Below are positions 25,996-36,500 of a DNA stretch of 64,000 nucleotides, in pieces. The translations under genes were made by a program, and so were the position numbers. The stretch covers positions 96,001-160,000 of the forward strand of contig JBFWRP010000008.1 of NCBI GenBank assembly GCA_050248855.1, read 5' to 3'. Position 1 is the stretch's first letter. Every line of letters starts with the position of its first letter. Source of the DNA: Planctomycetota bacterium. Its GTDB lineage: Bacteria; Planctomycetota; PLA2; JAEUHO01. A model generated the notes under the pieces. It saw nothing but the letters and a program-made list of their open reading frames with translations, did not search any database and had not been told where the DNA came from.

Positions 25996-28740
25996 ATGGC
26001 CGAGCCCGATCGCGTGCGACCTTCCCCGGAGGACCTCCTCGAGCGGGCGGCGGAGGAAGAGCCCCCCGCCGGACGGGCGCGGCTCAAGGTGTTCTTCGGC
26101 GCCGCGCCCGGTGTCGGGAAGACCTACGCCATGCTCCAGGAGGCGCAGGTCCGCCGCCAGCGGGGCGAGGACGTGGTGGTCGGCTGGCTCGAGACCCACG
26201 GTCGCAAGGAGACCGAAGCGCTCGCGCGGGGGCTCGAGATCGTTCCGCCTCGCCAGGTCGAGCACCGCGGTCTGGCACTCGAGGAAATGGACCTGGAGCA
26301 GGTCATCGCGCGCGCGCCGGCCCTGGTGCTGGTGGACGAGCTGGCCCACACGAACGCCCCGGGAAGCCGGCACGCGCGTCGCTGGCAGGATGTCGAGGAG
26401 CTCCTCGGCGCGGGAATCGACGTCTTCACGACGGTCAACGTGCAGCACGTGGAGAGCCTGCGCGACGTCGTGGCGCAGATCACGGGCGTCACGGTGCGGG
26501 AGACCATCCCAGACCAGATCCTCGAGCGGGCCGACGAGATCGAGCTCGTGGACCTGCCGCCCGAGGAGCTGCTCCGACGGCTCGAGGAGGGGAAGGTCTA
26601 CGTTCCCGAGCAGGCCCGGCTCGCGATGGATCGCTTTTTCCAGAAGGGCCACCTGATCGCCCTGCGCGAGCTCTCGCTCCGCCGTACGGCCGAGCGCGTG
26701 GACGAGCAGGCCGACGCATGGAAGCGTCAGCACGGTGTCGCACGTCCGTGGGGGACCAGGGACCGCATCCTCGTGAGCGTGAGTGCTGCGCCCTCTTCCG
26801 AGGATCTGGTGCGCGTGGCCGGACGGATGGCCGCGCGCCTCAAGGCGCCCTGGATCGCGCTCTCCGTCGAGACGCGTGCCTTCCCGCACCTCCCCGAAGA
26901 AGATCGTGCGAGGCTCGGCGCGCACCTGCTGCTCGCCAAGCGGCTGGGCGCCGAGGTCCTGGTCGTACGGGGCGAGCGCGTCGCGGAGGAGATCCTCGCG
27001 GTTGCGCGCTCGCGCGACGTGACCCGGATCGTGCTCGGCAAGCCCGCTCCCCGGGGGCTCCTCGCACGCCTCCGCCCCAGCCTCGTCGACACCGTGCTCC
27101 GGGGCTCGGGCTCGATGGACGTCCACGTCACGAGCGCGGTCCCACCGCCCCCGCCGCGCAAGGCCAAGCGGCGCAAGCTGAGCGAGGCCGGGTGGGCGGG
27201 CCTCTCGTGGGCGTTGCTCGCGGTAGGCATCGCCACGGGAGTCGGCTGGTTGGCGCGCGCGTGGTTCGGCTTCCAGCTCGCGGACCTGGCCATGGTGTAC
27301 GTGCTCGCCGTACTGGCCGCGTCCGCGAAGCTGTCCAGGCGCGATTCCCTCGCCACGGCGGTCCTGAGCGTCGCTACGCTCGACTTCTTCTTCACGGAGC
27401 CCTACTTCACCTTCGCCGTCCACGACGTCCGCCAAGTGACGACGTTCGGCGTCCTGCTCGTCGTGGGCCTGGTCGTAAGCGCGTTCGCCACCCGCACGCG
27501 GGACCAGGCCCGGGAGGCCCGCGAGCGCGAGCGGAGGACGCTCGCGCTCTACGAGGTCAGCAGCGCGCTGTCCACGGAGCGCGATCCGGCTGGGATCGCG
27601 AGCGTCGTGGTCGCGCATCTCCGCCGCGGGCTGGGGACCGGCGCGATCATGTACAGGGCCGGTCCTCGGGGCGGACTCACGCTGGTCGCCGAGGGCAGCG
27701 ACGGCGCCCTCGCCGGCCCGCGGGAGCGGGCCGTGGCGCAATGGGTGCTGACGTTCGGTGCGGCGGCAGGCCGGGACACGGACACCCTGCCGGCCGCCGA
27801 GGGGCTGTACCTCCCGCTCGTGACGCGCGGAGGTCGTCAGGGCGTCCTGGGCATCCGTCTCGTCGAGCGCGGCAAGGCCCTCGCTCCGTCCCAACGTCAG
27901 GGTCTCGAAGCGATCGCCGCACTCGCGGCTGGCGCCCTGGAGCGGGCCGCCCTCGCCGAGGAGGCGGAAGAGGCCGCCCTTGCGGTGGAGACGGAGCGCA
28001 CGCGCAACGTCCTCTTGGCGGCCGTCTCCCACGACCTCCGGACGCCGCTGTCGAGCATCCTGGGCGCGGCGGACGCGCTGCTCGACCCGCAGACGACGCT
28101 GACCGAGGACGTGCGGAGCGGGCTCGTCCGCTCGATTCGCGACACGGCCGACTGGCTGGCCCGGTTCGTCACGGACTTGCTCTCGCTCGCCCGGATCGGG
28201 GCAGAGGGCTTCGTCCTCCAGCGCGACTGGTACCCCGTTGAAGAGCTCGTGGCGTCGGCCCTCGATCGCGTGCGCCCCCTCCTGGGGGATCGACGCGTGG
28301 CCCAGGAGCTCCCCGAACACCCGCTCCTCGTCCACGTAGACGGGGTGCTCCTGGAGCAGGCGCTCGTGAACCTGCTCGAGAACGCAGCACGTCACACACC
28401 GCCTGGCACGCCGATCGACGTGCGGGCGCGCGCCTTGCCGGGGGAGTGCGTGATCGAGGTCCTCGACCGCGGGCCGGGACTTCCCGAGGACGGCGCCGTG
28501 CGGCTCTTCGAGCGTTTCTACCGGCGCTCGGACGCGCGCGGCACGCAGGGTACGGGCCTTGGTCTGGCGATCTGCCGCGCAATCGCCGTGGCCCACGGGG
28601 GCAGCTGCGAAGCCGAGAATCGTGAGGCCGGGGGCGCGCGGTTCCGGCTGCGGATCCCGCGCGCCGCGGACACGGAACCCGAAGCGGGGAAGGCGCACGA
28701 GGGGGGGGCAGGACCGGCGGGCGCCCAGACCGGACCGTGA
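25996..28740 (+). CDS. kdpD: Sensor histidine kinase KdpD
   Basis: LKVFFGAAPGVGKTYAML, LVDELAHTN, Usp region, 4 TM helices, GAF, VSHDLRTPL, NLLENA, GTGLGLAIC. Confidence 0.96.
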   Translation: MAEPDRVRPSPEDLLERAAEEEPPAGRARLKVFFGAAPGVGKTYAMLQEAQVRRQRGEDVVVGWLETHGRKETEALARGLEIVPPRQVEHRGLALEEMDLEQVIARAPALVLVDELAHTNAPGSRHARRWQDVEELLGAGIDVFTTVNVQHVESLRDVVAQITGVTVRETIPDQILERADEIELVDLPPEELLRRLEEGKVYVPEQARLAMDRFFQKGHLIALRELSLRRTAERVDEQADAWKRQHGVARPWGTRDRILVSVSAAPSSEDLVRVAGRMAARLKAPWIALSVETRAFPHLPEEDRARLGAHLLLAKRLGAEVLVVRGERVAEEILAVARSRDVTRIVLGKPAPRGLLARLRPSLVDTVLRGSGSMDVHVTSAVPPPPPRKAKRRKLSEAGWAGLSWALLAVGIATGVGWLARAWFGFQLADLAMVYVLAVLAASAKLSRRDSLATAVLSVATLDFFFTEPYFTFAVHDVRQVTTFGVLLVVGLVVSAFATRTRDQAREARERERRTLALYEVSSALSTERDPAGIASVVVAHLRRGLGTGAIMYRAGPRGGLTLVAEGSDGALAGPRERAVAQWVLTFGAAAGRDTDTLPAAEGLYLPLVTRGGRQGVLGIRLVERGKALAPSQRQGLEAIAALAAGALERAALAEEAEEAALAVETERTRNVLLAAVSHDLRTPLSSILGAADALLDPQTTLTEDVRSGLVRSIRDTADWLARFVTDLLSLARIGAEGFVLQRDWYPVEELVASALDRVRPLLGDRRVAQELPEHPLLVHVDGVLLEQALVNLLENAARHTPPGTPIDVRARALPGECVIEVLDRGPGLPEDGAVRLFERFYRRSDARGTQGTGLGLAICRAIAVAHGGSCEAENREAGGARFRLRIPRAADTEPEAGKAHEGGAGPAGAQTGP

Positions 28741-29435
28741 GCACACCCGGCCCCCGCATCCTGGTCGTGGAGGACGACGCGGCGCTGCGCGCCCTGCTGG
28801 CGACGACCCTCCCCGCACACGGGTACCGGGTCCTCGACGTGGCCACCGCCGCCGAGGCGCTCCGGGACGCGTCCGAGTACCTCCCTGACCTGGTCCTGCT
28901 GGACCTGGGCCTGCCCGACATGGACGGCGTGGAGTGCATCCGCCGGATCCGTGCTTGGTCCCCGCTTCCCATCGTCGTGCTCACGGCACGGGGCCAAGAG
29001 GCCGCCAAGGTCGAGGCCCTCGATGCGGGCGCCGACGACTACGTGACGAAGCCTTTCGGCTTCCCCGAGCTGCTGGCGCGCATCCGCGTGGCGCTGCGCC
29101 ATGCCGCGCGGCCTCCTGGCGGTGTGCCTGGCAGCGAGTTCCGCGTCGGCCCGCTCCACGTCGATCTGGAACGGCGGCAGGTGTTCGTGGACGGAGCGGA
29201 GATCGCGCTCACGCCGACGGAGTACAAGCTGCTCGTCGCGTTGGTCAAGAACGCCGGGCGCGTGATGACGCACCGCCAGCTCTTGCGGGAAGTGTGGGGA
29301 CCCCGCAGCCCGGAGGAGAACCGCTACCTCCGTGTGTACATGACCTACCTCCGCCGCAAGCTGGAGCCCGACCCGACGAGCCCGCGCCTCTTCGAGACGA
29401 TCGCTGGCGTCGGCTACCGCCTTCGCGAGGAGTAG
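28737..29435 (+). CDS. kdpE: Response regulator KdpE
   Basis: ILVVEDD, LLDLGLPDMDG, GADDYVTKPF, LTPTEYKLL, YLRVYMTYLRRKLE; start overlaps kdpD stop. Confidence 0.95.
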   Translation: MSTPGPRILVVEDDAALRALLATTLPAHGYRVLDVATAAEALRDASEYLPDLVLLDLGLPDMDGVECIRRIRAWSPLPIVVLTARGQEAAKVEALDAGADDYVTKPFGFPELLARIRVALRHAARPPGGVPGSEFRVGPLHVDLERRQVFVDGAEIALTPTEYKLLVALVKNAGRVMTHRQLLREVWGPRSPEENRYLRVYMTYLRRKLEPDPTSPRLFETIAGVGYRLREE

Positions 29436-29847
29436 GCGCTTGCGGCGGCCTCCTCTCGCCTGGGCGTGGAGGGCTAGAGCTCGACGAGCGACGCGCCCCT
29501 GGGCCCCACGGCGTGGCTCACGGTCTGGATCTGGCGCGCCCCTTGACGATGTGCGTGCGCCGGGGGGCGCCACCGCCGTTCTTGCCTCGTCGTGAACGCC
29601 GACGTGCATCCCGAGGCCCGATCCCGCACGGCTCCCTCACGCTGTGGCGCTCACGGGCTCGGTGGTCTGCCGATGCCCAGGTCGAGCAGGCCCAGGTGAA
29701 GAGGTGGGCGCCCGTCGATCTGTACCGTCCCGATCACATCGCGTCGGGCGGGAGGCGCGACGGCCTTGTGGCGCACGCGTCGGCTACCATGGGGGGCCAG
29801 ACGCCGCAGGTGGAAGCCGGTGTCGATTCCCCGGCGGAGGCGCGGCC

Positions 29848-32800
29848 ATGCGGGCGGGTGTACGAAGGCCATGGCTTGCGGGGCGCACCCTTGCGTGCCT
29901 TGCCGTCCTCTTGCTGTTTGTCTCGCTGCTGCCGGGGAGCCCGAGCGCCACGGGGAGCGAGGGGAAGAAGTATCCCCTCCTGCTCGTGCGTCGGCTCGCC
30001 GTACAGGGCGACGGCCGCCCACGCTTCGCGGGCTGGGCCCTGAAGCGAGACGCCGAAGAGGAGCAGGTCCAGCAGGCCATCGCACGCGGGTGTGCTTGGC
30101 TCGTCGCGCACCAGCACGAGGACGGAAGCTTCCTGGGCGAGGCGAGCCCCGAGTATCGGACCGGTCTGTCCGCGCTCGCCCTGGTGGCGCTGCTGGACGC
30201 TGGGCATGGCCCCGATGACGCGACAACGGAAGGGGCCAGCCTGCGCAATGGCATCGCGCTCTTGCTGGCCTCCCAGGATGAAGACGGCTGTGTCGGACCT
30301 CGCGTGGGAGAGCGCGCCATTTACGGACACGCCTACGGTACCTATGCCTTGGTCCGGGCGTACGAGGTGGCACGGGGCGCCGCGCTGGAGCGGGCCGTGC
30401 AGGCCGCCCTCGACTTCACGGCGTTGGCTCGCAATCCGTACTTCGGGTGGCGCTACGGCATCAGGCCCGGCGACAACGACACGGACGTCAGCGGCTGCAT
30501 GATGTTGGCCGTCGCCGAGGCCGAGGCCGTCAACGGGCAAGTCGCGTCAGGTGAGCCACCTGTGTTCCGTCTCGACGCAGGCGCCATGGAAGGTGTGCGT
30601 ACGTGGCTCATGAAGGTGACGGACTCCAACACGGGGCGCGTCGGGTACTTGACCCGGGGCTCGGGTCCGGCTCGGTACGACGACAAGCAGATGGAGTGGT
30701 TCCAAGAGCACAAGTCCGAGTCGATGACGGCGGTGGGCTGCTGGTTCCGACTGCGCCATGGCGAGGACCCCAGCGAGGCCGAAGTCGTGCAACGGGGCCT
30801 ACAGCGGATTGCCAAGCTGCCGCCAGAGTGGAACACTCTCCGCGGTGGCCTCGACCAGTACTTCTGGATGTGGGGGGCGCGCGTTGCCCACGAGCTCGAC
30901 CGCTGGGGCGGCAAGGCCGCTTCGAAGCTCGACGGCTGGCGCGCCCAGGCCGTAGCGGCTCTGCTGTCCGCGCAGGAGGGCGGCACGAACGCGTTCACGG
31001 ACGCGGGATCCTGGCCTCCGGATGGCGCGTGGGGCCGCTGGGGCGGACGTGTCTACAGCACGGCGCTGGCCGTCTCGACCCTGAAGCTGTCGGCCTACCG
31101 CGGGGCCCTGCGTAGCGAGGGCGGCGCGAAGGAGCGCATCGGGCGGATGCGCGATCGCGACGCCGACCTGGACGAACGTCTGGCTGCGATCGAGTCGGTG
31201 TCGGCCGGTGCACCCGATGAGGTCGTGCAGGCCCTCGCCGCCCTTGCACGCGACCCGGTTCCTCTCGTGCGGTTGACGGCCGTCGAGGCGCTCTCGCGCC
31301 TGGGCCCCGATGCCGCGTCGACGGCCGCTCGGCTTGCCAAGCAGCTTGGCGCGGAGAAGCGGGTCGAGATTCGTCACGCCTTGCTGTTCGCACTCCTGCG
31401 GATCGGCAAGAGCTCGAAGTCCATCGTCGATGCGTTGACGCGTGCGACTGCGGATCCGGATCCCGGTGTGCGCGCACTTGCCCAGCTCGTCCACGAGGCG
31501 ATCGTGTCCGTGGAGCCTTCCGCCGAACTGAAGAGGCTGGCGCGATGGCGAAGCGCCGCCGAGCTCCTTGCGTTCCTCGAGGACGGCGGGCAGCTGGGCC
31601 TGGAGGGACTCCCCGCACGTGGGGCCGCGGTGCGCTGGCGCCTGCTGCGCGACATCGGACTGCCGCATCACCTGGGGGCGCGCGCCGGGCAACGGTTGGC
31701 GATCCTGCCCACGTCGCCGTTGGAGCGGCTTCCCGTACTGGAGGCGGTGGAGAAGGCCCTTGCGGCCGCGCCCTTGGCGGGCATGCCGCGGCCGGAGGCC
31801 CGCGCGTTGTACGACGCGGCTGTCGCCGAGGTCGAGGCCTGCCCTGACGGACCCGGCGAGCGGACCCGGCTGGCCGCCGCGCTGGAGCTCCACCTCGCGC
31901 GCTTCCACGTCGGAGCAGCCGGGCCGATCACCGGCGAGATCGTCGCGCGGCTGCACCGCCACAGGGCAGCGCTTCGGGCACTCGCGCCAACGTTGCAGGA
32001 GCTCGAGCGCGATGCGTGTCGCGTGATCGAGCTACGTTGCGTGGCAGCGATCGAGGCCCTGGCCCCCGAGGATTCCGGTGCGGAGGTCGTCGAGGGGCTT
32101 GCGGCGGCACTCGACGAGCACGCGGCGATGGCCGGCGCCTTCTACGCCTACCCCGATCTGGTGCGGTGGGTCGAGCTGGCAGGCTCCTATCTGCTGGAGC
32201 GTCTGGGCCGTGCGACGCAGGACCCGGCCGCGATGGCTCGTGCACGGGACCTGGCGCTCGACGTCGTGGTGGGGCCCGTCGACACGCTGGATGGCCGGCG
32301 GGTGGCCCTCCACGGTGCAACGCAGGCGGCACGCCTTGCGCCCTTCATCGGAGTCTCGCGTGTCGCGAGCCCGCTGGGACGAGAGCTTCCCTTGACGGCA
32401 ATGCAGCAGGCCACGAGCAGCGGCGGACTGCGTGTCGAGCTGCTGGACGTGGCGTTCCAGCAGGTGCCCCTGCTCGCCCCGGGCAACGTGTGCAAGCTGA
32501 GCGCACGCGAGCAGCTCGTCGTTCGCGTGCGGACGACCCCGATGCACACCGCTCTTGCGTGGAGTGAGCGAGACTGGCGTCTCGTGGTCCGCGTCCGCCG
32601 CGGCGCTGCGCCCGAGCAAGTCCATCTCATGCCGTATGCGCCGGAACCAACGCCACTGGCCGTGGACGACGAAGCCCTGGGGGGGACCACCGAACCGACG
32701 GGCACGGTGCCCGAGGGGCAGTCGGTCGTCACGGTCCACGTGTTCGGCACGACGGAGTCCGAGCTCGGCGCGGGCGTGGAGGTCACGCTCCGCATCAGAC

Positions 32801-33111
32801 GGGACGGCGGGGAGGAAGCCGAGCGGCTGGTGGCGACCAACCTGCCGGCCTCCGCGATCCTGCGCGAAGTCCCGTGGACGAGGCTCGTGGAGGCCACCAA
32901 GGATGATCTCCTCCAACGCCTGCCGGACATCGACGCGTCGCCGGAGGGCGTGGACGCCCTCTTGGTCGTGGCGGCGCTGGAGGCGCGAGGGGGCTTGGTG
33001 GACGTCGCACGGGCTACGGCAGCACGAGCCGAAGCGGCCGCCGAGGCCCTGGGCGACGCGGCGCGCACCGAGCGCGCCCGGGCGCTTCTCGCCTCGATCG
33101 TAGCGAAGTAG
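29848..33111 (+). CDS. Secreted prenyltransferase/squalene-cyclase-like alpha-barrel + HEAT-repeat protein, paralog 1
   Basis: GGAGG RBS, hydrophobic signal; AIARGCAWLVAHQHEDGS, LLASQDEDG, ARNPYFGWRYG, SWPPDGAWGRWGGRVYSTA; HEAT repeats (DPVPLVRLTAVEAL). Confidence 0.8.
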   Translation: MRAGVRRPWLAGRTLACLAVLLLFVSLLPGSPSATGSEGKKYPLLLVRRLAVQGDGRPRFAGWALKRDAEEEQVQQAIARGCAWLVAHQHEDGSFLGEASPEYRTGLSALALVALLDAGHGPDDATTEGASLRNGIALLLASQDEDGCVGPRVGERAIYGHAYGTYALVRAYEVARGAALERAVQAALDFTALARNPYFGWRYGIRPGDNDTDVSGCMMLAVAEAEAVNGQVASGEPPVFRLDAGAMEGVRTWLMKVTDSNTGRVGYLTRGSGPARYDDKQMEWFQEHKSESMTAVGCWFRLRHGEDPSEAEVVQRGLQRIAKLPPEWNTLRGGLDQYFWMWGARVAHELDRWGGKAASKLDGWRAQAVAALLSAQEGGTNAFTDAGSWPPDGAWGRWGGRVYSTALAVSTLKLSAYRGALRSEGGAKERIGRMRDRDADLDERLAAIESVSAGAPDEVVQALAALARDPVPLVRLTAVEALSRLGPDAASTAARLAKQLGAEKRVEIRHALLFALLRIGKSSKSIVDALTRATADPDPGVRALAQLVHEAIVSVEPSAELKRLARWRSAAELLAFLEDGGQLGLEGLPARGAAVRWRLLRDIGLPHHLGARAGQRLAILPTSPLERLPVLEAVEKALAAAPLAGMPRPEARALYDAAVAEVEACPDGPGERTRLAAALELHLARFHVGAAGPITGEIVARLHRHRAALRALAPTLQELERDACRVIELRCVAAIEALAPEDSGAEVVEGLAAALDEHAAMAGAFYAYPDLVRWVELAGSYLLERLGRATQDPAAMARARDLALDVVVGPVDTLDGRRVALHGATQAARLAPFIGVSRVASPLGRELPLTAMQQATSSGGLRVELLDVAFQQVPLLAPGNVCKLSAREQLVVRVRTTPMHTALAWSERDWRLVVRVRRGAAPEQVHLMPYAPEPTPLAVDDEALGGTTEPTGTVPEGQSVVTVHVFGTTESELGAGVEVTLRIRRDGGEEAERLVATNLPASAILREVPWTRLVEATKDDLLQRLPDIDASPEGVDALLVVAALEARGGLVDVARATAARAEAAAEALGDAARTERARALLASIVAK

Positions 33112-33338
33112 GTGGGCGCGGCGGTCGATGCCGACGCCAGCCAGCGTCCGGAGGCGTCGCAAGGCTTCGACAAGCTCGGTCCTGGGTGGTCCTGAGATGA
33201 GGGCTCTCCCGAGCATGCCTGCAAGGTAAGGGGCTTGGACGCCGGGCCCGGACAGCCGACGGCTCGAGTCCCATGCGAAGTCACCGCACACGGCATGTCT
33301 CTGGGGCCGCACTCGGCAGCTCTCGACCCGTCAGCGGC

Positions 33339-33464
33339 CTGGAGTACCGAGTGCGGGCAATTCCCATGAACTGGAGTACCGAGTGCGGGCAATTCCCATG
33401 AACTAGCGTGGCCCTCGCGCGGTCCCCCGCGAGGGAGGTCCGGCCGCCAGGGGGATCCCACGGG
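33339..33464 (+). repeat. Dispersed hairpin-containing element, copy 2, with perfect 32-bp tandem duplication of its 5' end
   Basis: CTGGAGTACCGAGTGCGGGCAATTCCCATGAA x2 (33339-33402); 33373-33464 matches 14573-14664. Confidence 0.88.
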
Positions 33465-33589
33465 TGTGCCCCTCCGCGCGCCTCCATCGGACATGTGGCG
33501 CCGCGCGACGGAGGACGCCCGGATGGGGTAGCGTGGAAGATCTGGCGCCGCATGCGAAGGTCGGTGGCAGGGACGTAGGAGGCGGTGCG

Positions 33590-36500
33590 ATGCGGTGGCG
33601 GGCTCAGACTCCACGGCGTGGCCCCTTGCGCGCGCCGCAGGTCGGTAGTGCGGTCTGCCGGCTGCGGAGACCCCTGCCCAGAGGTGTGATGTCGTACTGC
33701 CTGGGTGTCGCGACGCTCGTCGTGCTGCTCGGTGGGTGGTCGCCCGCAGGCTTGCGTCGCGCGCTGCCAAAGGGTGCTCCGGAGGCCCCGCTCTTCGTGC
33801 AGCGCAGGCTCCCCGTCGGGGGAGCGCGGTCCGTGTTCGACGGCCCTGCGATCGAATCGGCGGAGGACATCAAGCGCGTCGACCAGGCCATCGAGCGTGG
33901 TTGTGCCTATCTGGTGGCCCAGCAAGCGGGCGACGGCAGCTGGCAGGGGCAGGCGGACCCCGCGTACCGATGGGGGGTGACGGCGCTGGCAGTCTTGGCC
34001 TTGATGGATGCAGGGCATCCGTACCTCGAGGACACGCCGGAGTCGCGGGCTCTGCGAGGGGGAATCGAGTTCTTGTGCGCCTCGCAGGATGGGGACGGAT
34101 GCGTGGGCCCGCGAGCAGCGCAGAAGTACGTCTACAACCACGCGTTCGCCGCGTACGCCATCCTGCGTGCGTGCGACCTCCACGATGCGGCGTGGCTGCT
34201 GGGCTCGGCGAACAAGGCGCTGGCCTTCTCGGCCATGGCGCGCAACCCCTACCACGGGTGGCGCTACGGGCTCAAACCTGCGGACAACGACCCGGACATT
34301 TCCGGAGCCATGATGCTGGCCCATGCGGTGGGCGAGGGTGTGGGTGCGCGTGCCGTGAAGAGGGGGCGTAGCGCTTCCTTGAGCCTCGACGACGGCGCCG
34401 TGGACGGTGTGAGCAACGTCCTCCAGAAGCTCACCGACTTCCAGAATGGGCGCGTCGGATATCTGGAGCGTGGCGGGGGGCCCGGCCGGTACGTCGACTT
34501 GCACGGGGCGAGTGGTGAGAAGTTCCCCTTTGACCTTTCGCAGGGCCCGACAGCCATCTCCGCGTGGTTCTACCTGCGGTTTGGCAAGGACGAGGAGGCC
34601 GCGGTTCAGGTGGAGCGAGCCATCAAGCTGATGGCGGGCGTGGCACCAGCCTGGACGCCGGACCGTGGCAACATCGACCAGTACTACTGGCTCTGGGGTG
34701 CCCGTGTCGCACACGAGCAAGACCGGAAGGGAGGTCCACCCGTGCCGGCCCTCGAGGCATGGCGCGGTGCAGCCGTGCATGCCCTTCTCGACGGGCAGGA
34801 AGGCGGCACCGCAGCGTCCGCCGGTTCGTGGCCGCCCGTGGGGGCGTGGGGTGCCGTGGGCGGGCGCGTGTACAGCACCGCCGTGGCCGTTTCCACGCTC
34901 AAGCTGTCGGCCTATCGGGGAGCTCCTGTGGCCGAGCCCGATGCCCGGGAGCTAGTCAAGCACCTCCGAGACCGCAAGGCGGATCTCGACGACCGTCTCG
35001 CGTTGCTCGAGGGCATCTCGCCCGAGGCGCCTGATCTCGTGGTGAAGACGGTGGCCGGCCTGTTGTCTGACGCCGAGCCGTTGGTCCGACTCGCCGCGGC
35101 CGAGGCGCTGGCACGGATCGGGCCGGCCGCGGATGCGCACCGCACGCTGGTCGGACGACAGCTTGCGCGAGAACAGCTCGTTCCCATCCGGCAGGCACTC
35201 GTCTTCGCCCTCCTGCGCATGAGCAGGGCATCGAAGTCGGTGATGATCGCGCTGCAGCGCGCCGCCGAGGATCCAGATGCCGGTGTGCGATTGCTCGGCA
35301 GGCTCGCGGAGGAAGCCTTGGCTGCGGAGAAGCCCATCCGCGGCGTGCGGGGTCTTCACTGGGTCCCCACGGCAGCGGCTGCCGTCGAGCTCTTGAAAGA
35401 CGCCGGGCAACTGGAGCCGGAAAGCGCCGCGCGACGCGCCGCGGCTGCGCGCTGGGCGTTGCTGCGTTCCTGCCGACTTCCCTACGCCATCGGGGGGCGT
35501 GTCGGGCAGCGGCTCGCTGTGCTACCCGCTGGGCCGCTCGAGCAGGCTTCGGTGCTGGAGGCCGCCGAGAAGGCCCTGGCAGCTGCGGCGAGTCCCGAGG
35601 TGCCACCTGCCGAGCAGCGCGCGCTCACCGATGCCGCCCTGGAGGCCATCGAGCGGCTCTCCGGGGCGTCCGCCGGTCGAGCCCGCTTGGCCGCGGCCCT
35701 CGAGGTCCACGCAGCGCGAGCGGCCAAGGGCGGGGACGGGAGTGCGGTCGCGGACGGCGTCCGTCGCCTTGAGCTCCACGTTGCCGAACTCAAGGAGGTC
35801 GCGAGCAAGGCTGGCGAGCAGGATCGCGCCGCGTGCAGCTTGGTGGAGCTGGCTTGCCAGGATGCGCTCGCCGTGCTGCTCCTCCAAGCGAAAGCGCCAG
35901 GTGCGGAGGAGCGCGTCCGCTGGACGATCGCCCTGCACGAGGAGGTAGCTCGCACGCTGTATCTCTTCCCTGAGCTTCGGCCGTGGAGCGACTTGGGACG
36001 GGCCGAGCTGCTCGAGAAGCTGGCGGAAGCAGCGCCGACTCCGGACGCCTTCAAGGCCGCGCGCGACGTGGCGGCAGAGGTGATGGGGGCCGTCGACGCC
36101 ACGACCAACGACCGGCGCGCCAGTCTGCGTGCGGCTGCGATGGCGGCTCGGCTTGCGCCCTTGGTCCCCGCGCCTCCCCCGGACTTCTACCTGTCTCGAC
36201 AGAGTCCCCCCGCACCGCTCGAGCGGGTCACGACGAAGGAGGAGCTTCGGGTGGAGTTGTTGGACGTCGCGTTCCTGCGGCTCCCCCTCGAGACGCCCAA
36301 GGGGAGGAACGAGTGGAGTGACGACGAACAGCTCGTGATCCGGACGCGTATCAAGCCGCCGACGGAGGGGCTCACCTGGGACGACCGTGCATGGCGACTG
36401 ATCGTGCGCGCGCGTCGGGGCAAGGCGGCCGAGCAGGGGCCTCCGCTTCCCCCTTGGGTCGACGACGCGCGATCGCGATCGGTCGAGGAGAGCCGGCTGG

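Noticed and set aside
25378..28818. 1146-aa minus-strand ORF and other long ORFs opposite kdp
   Set aside because: Antisense shadows typical of high-GC coding DNA.
33339..33402. 32-bp repeat pair as a mini-CRISPR
   Set aside because: Copies abut with no spacer; they are the 5' end of the dispersed element.
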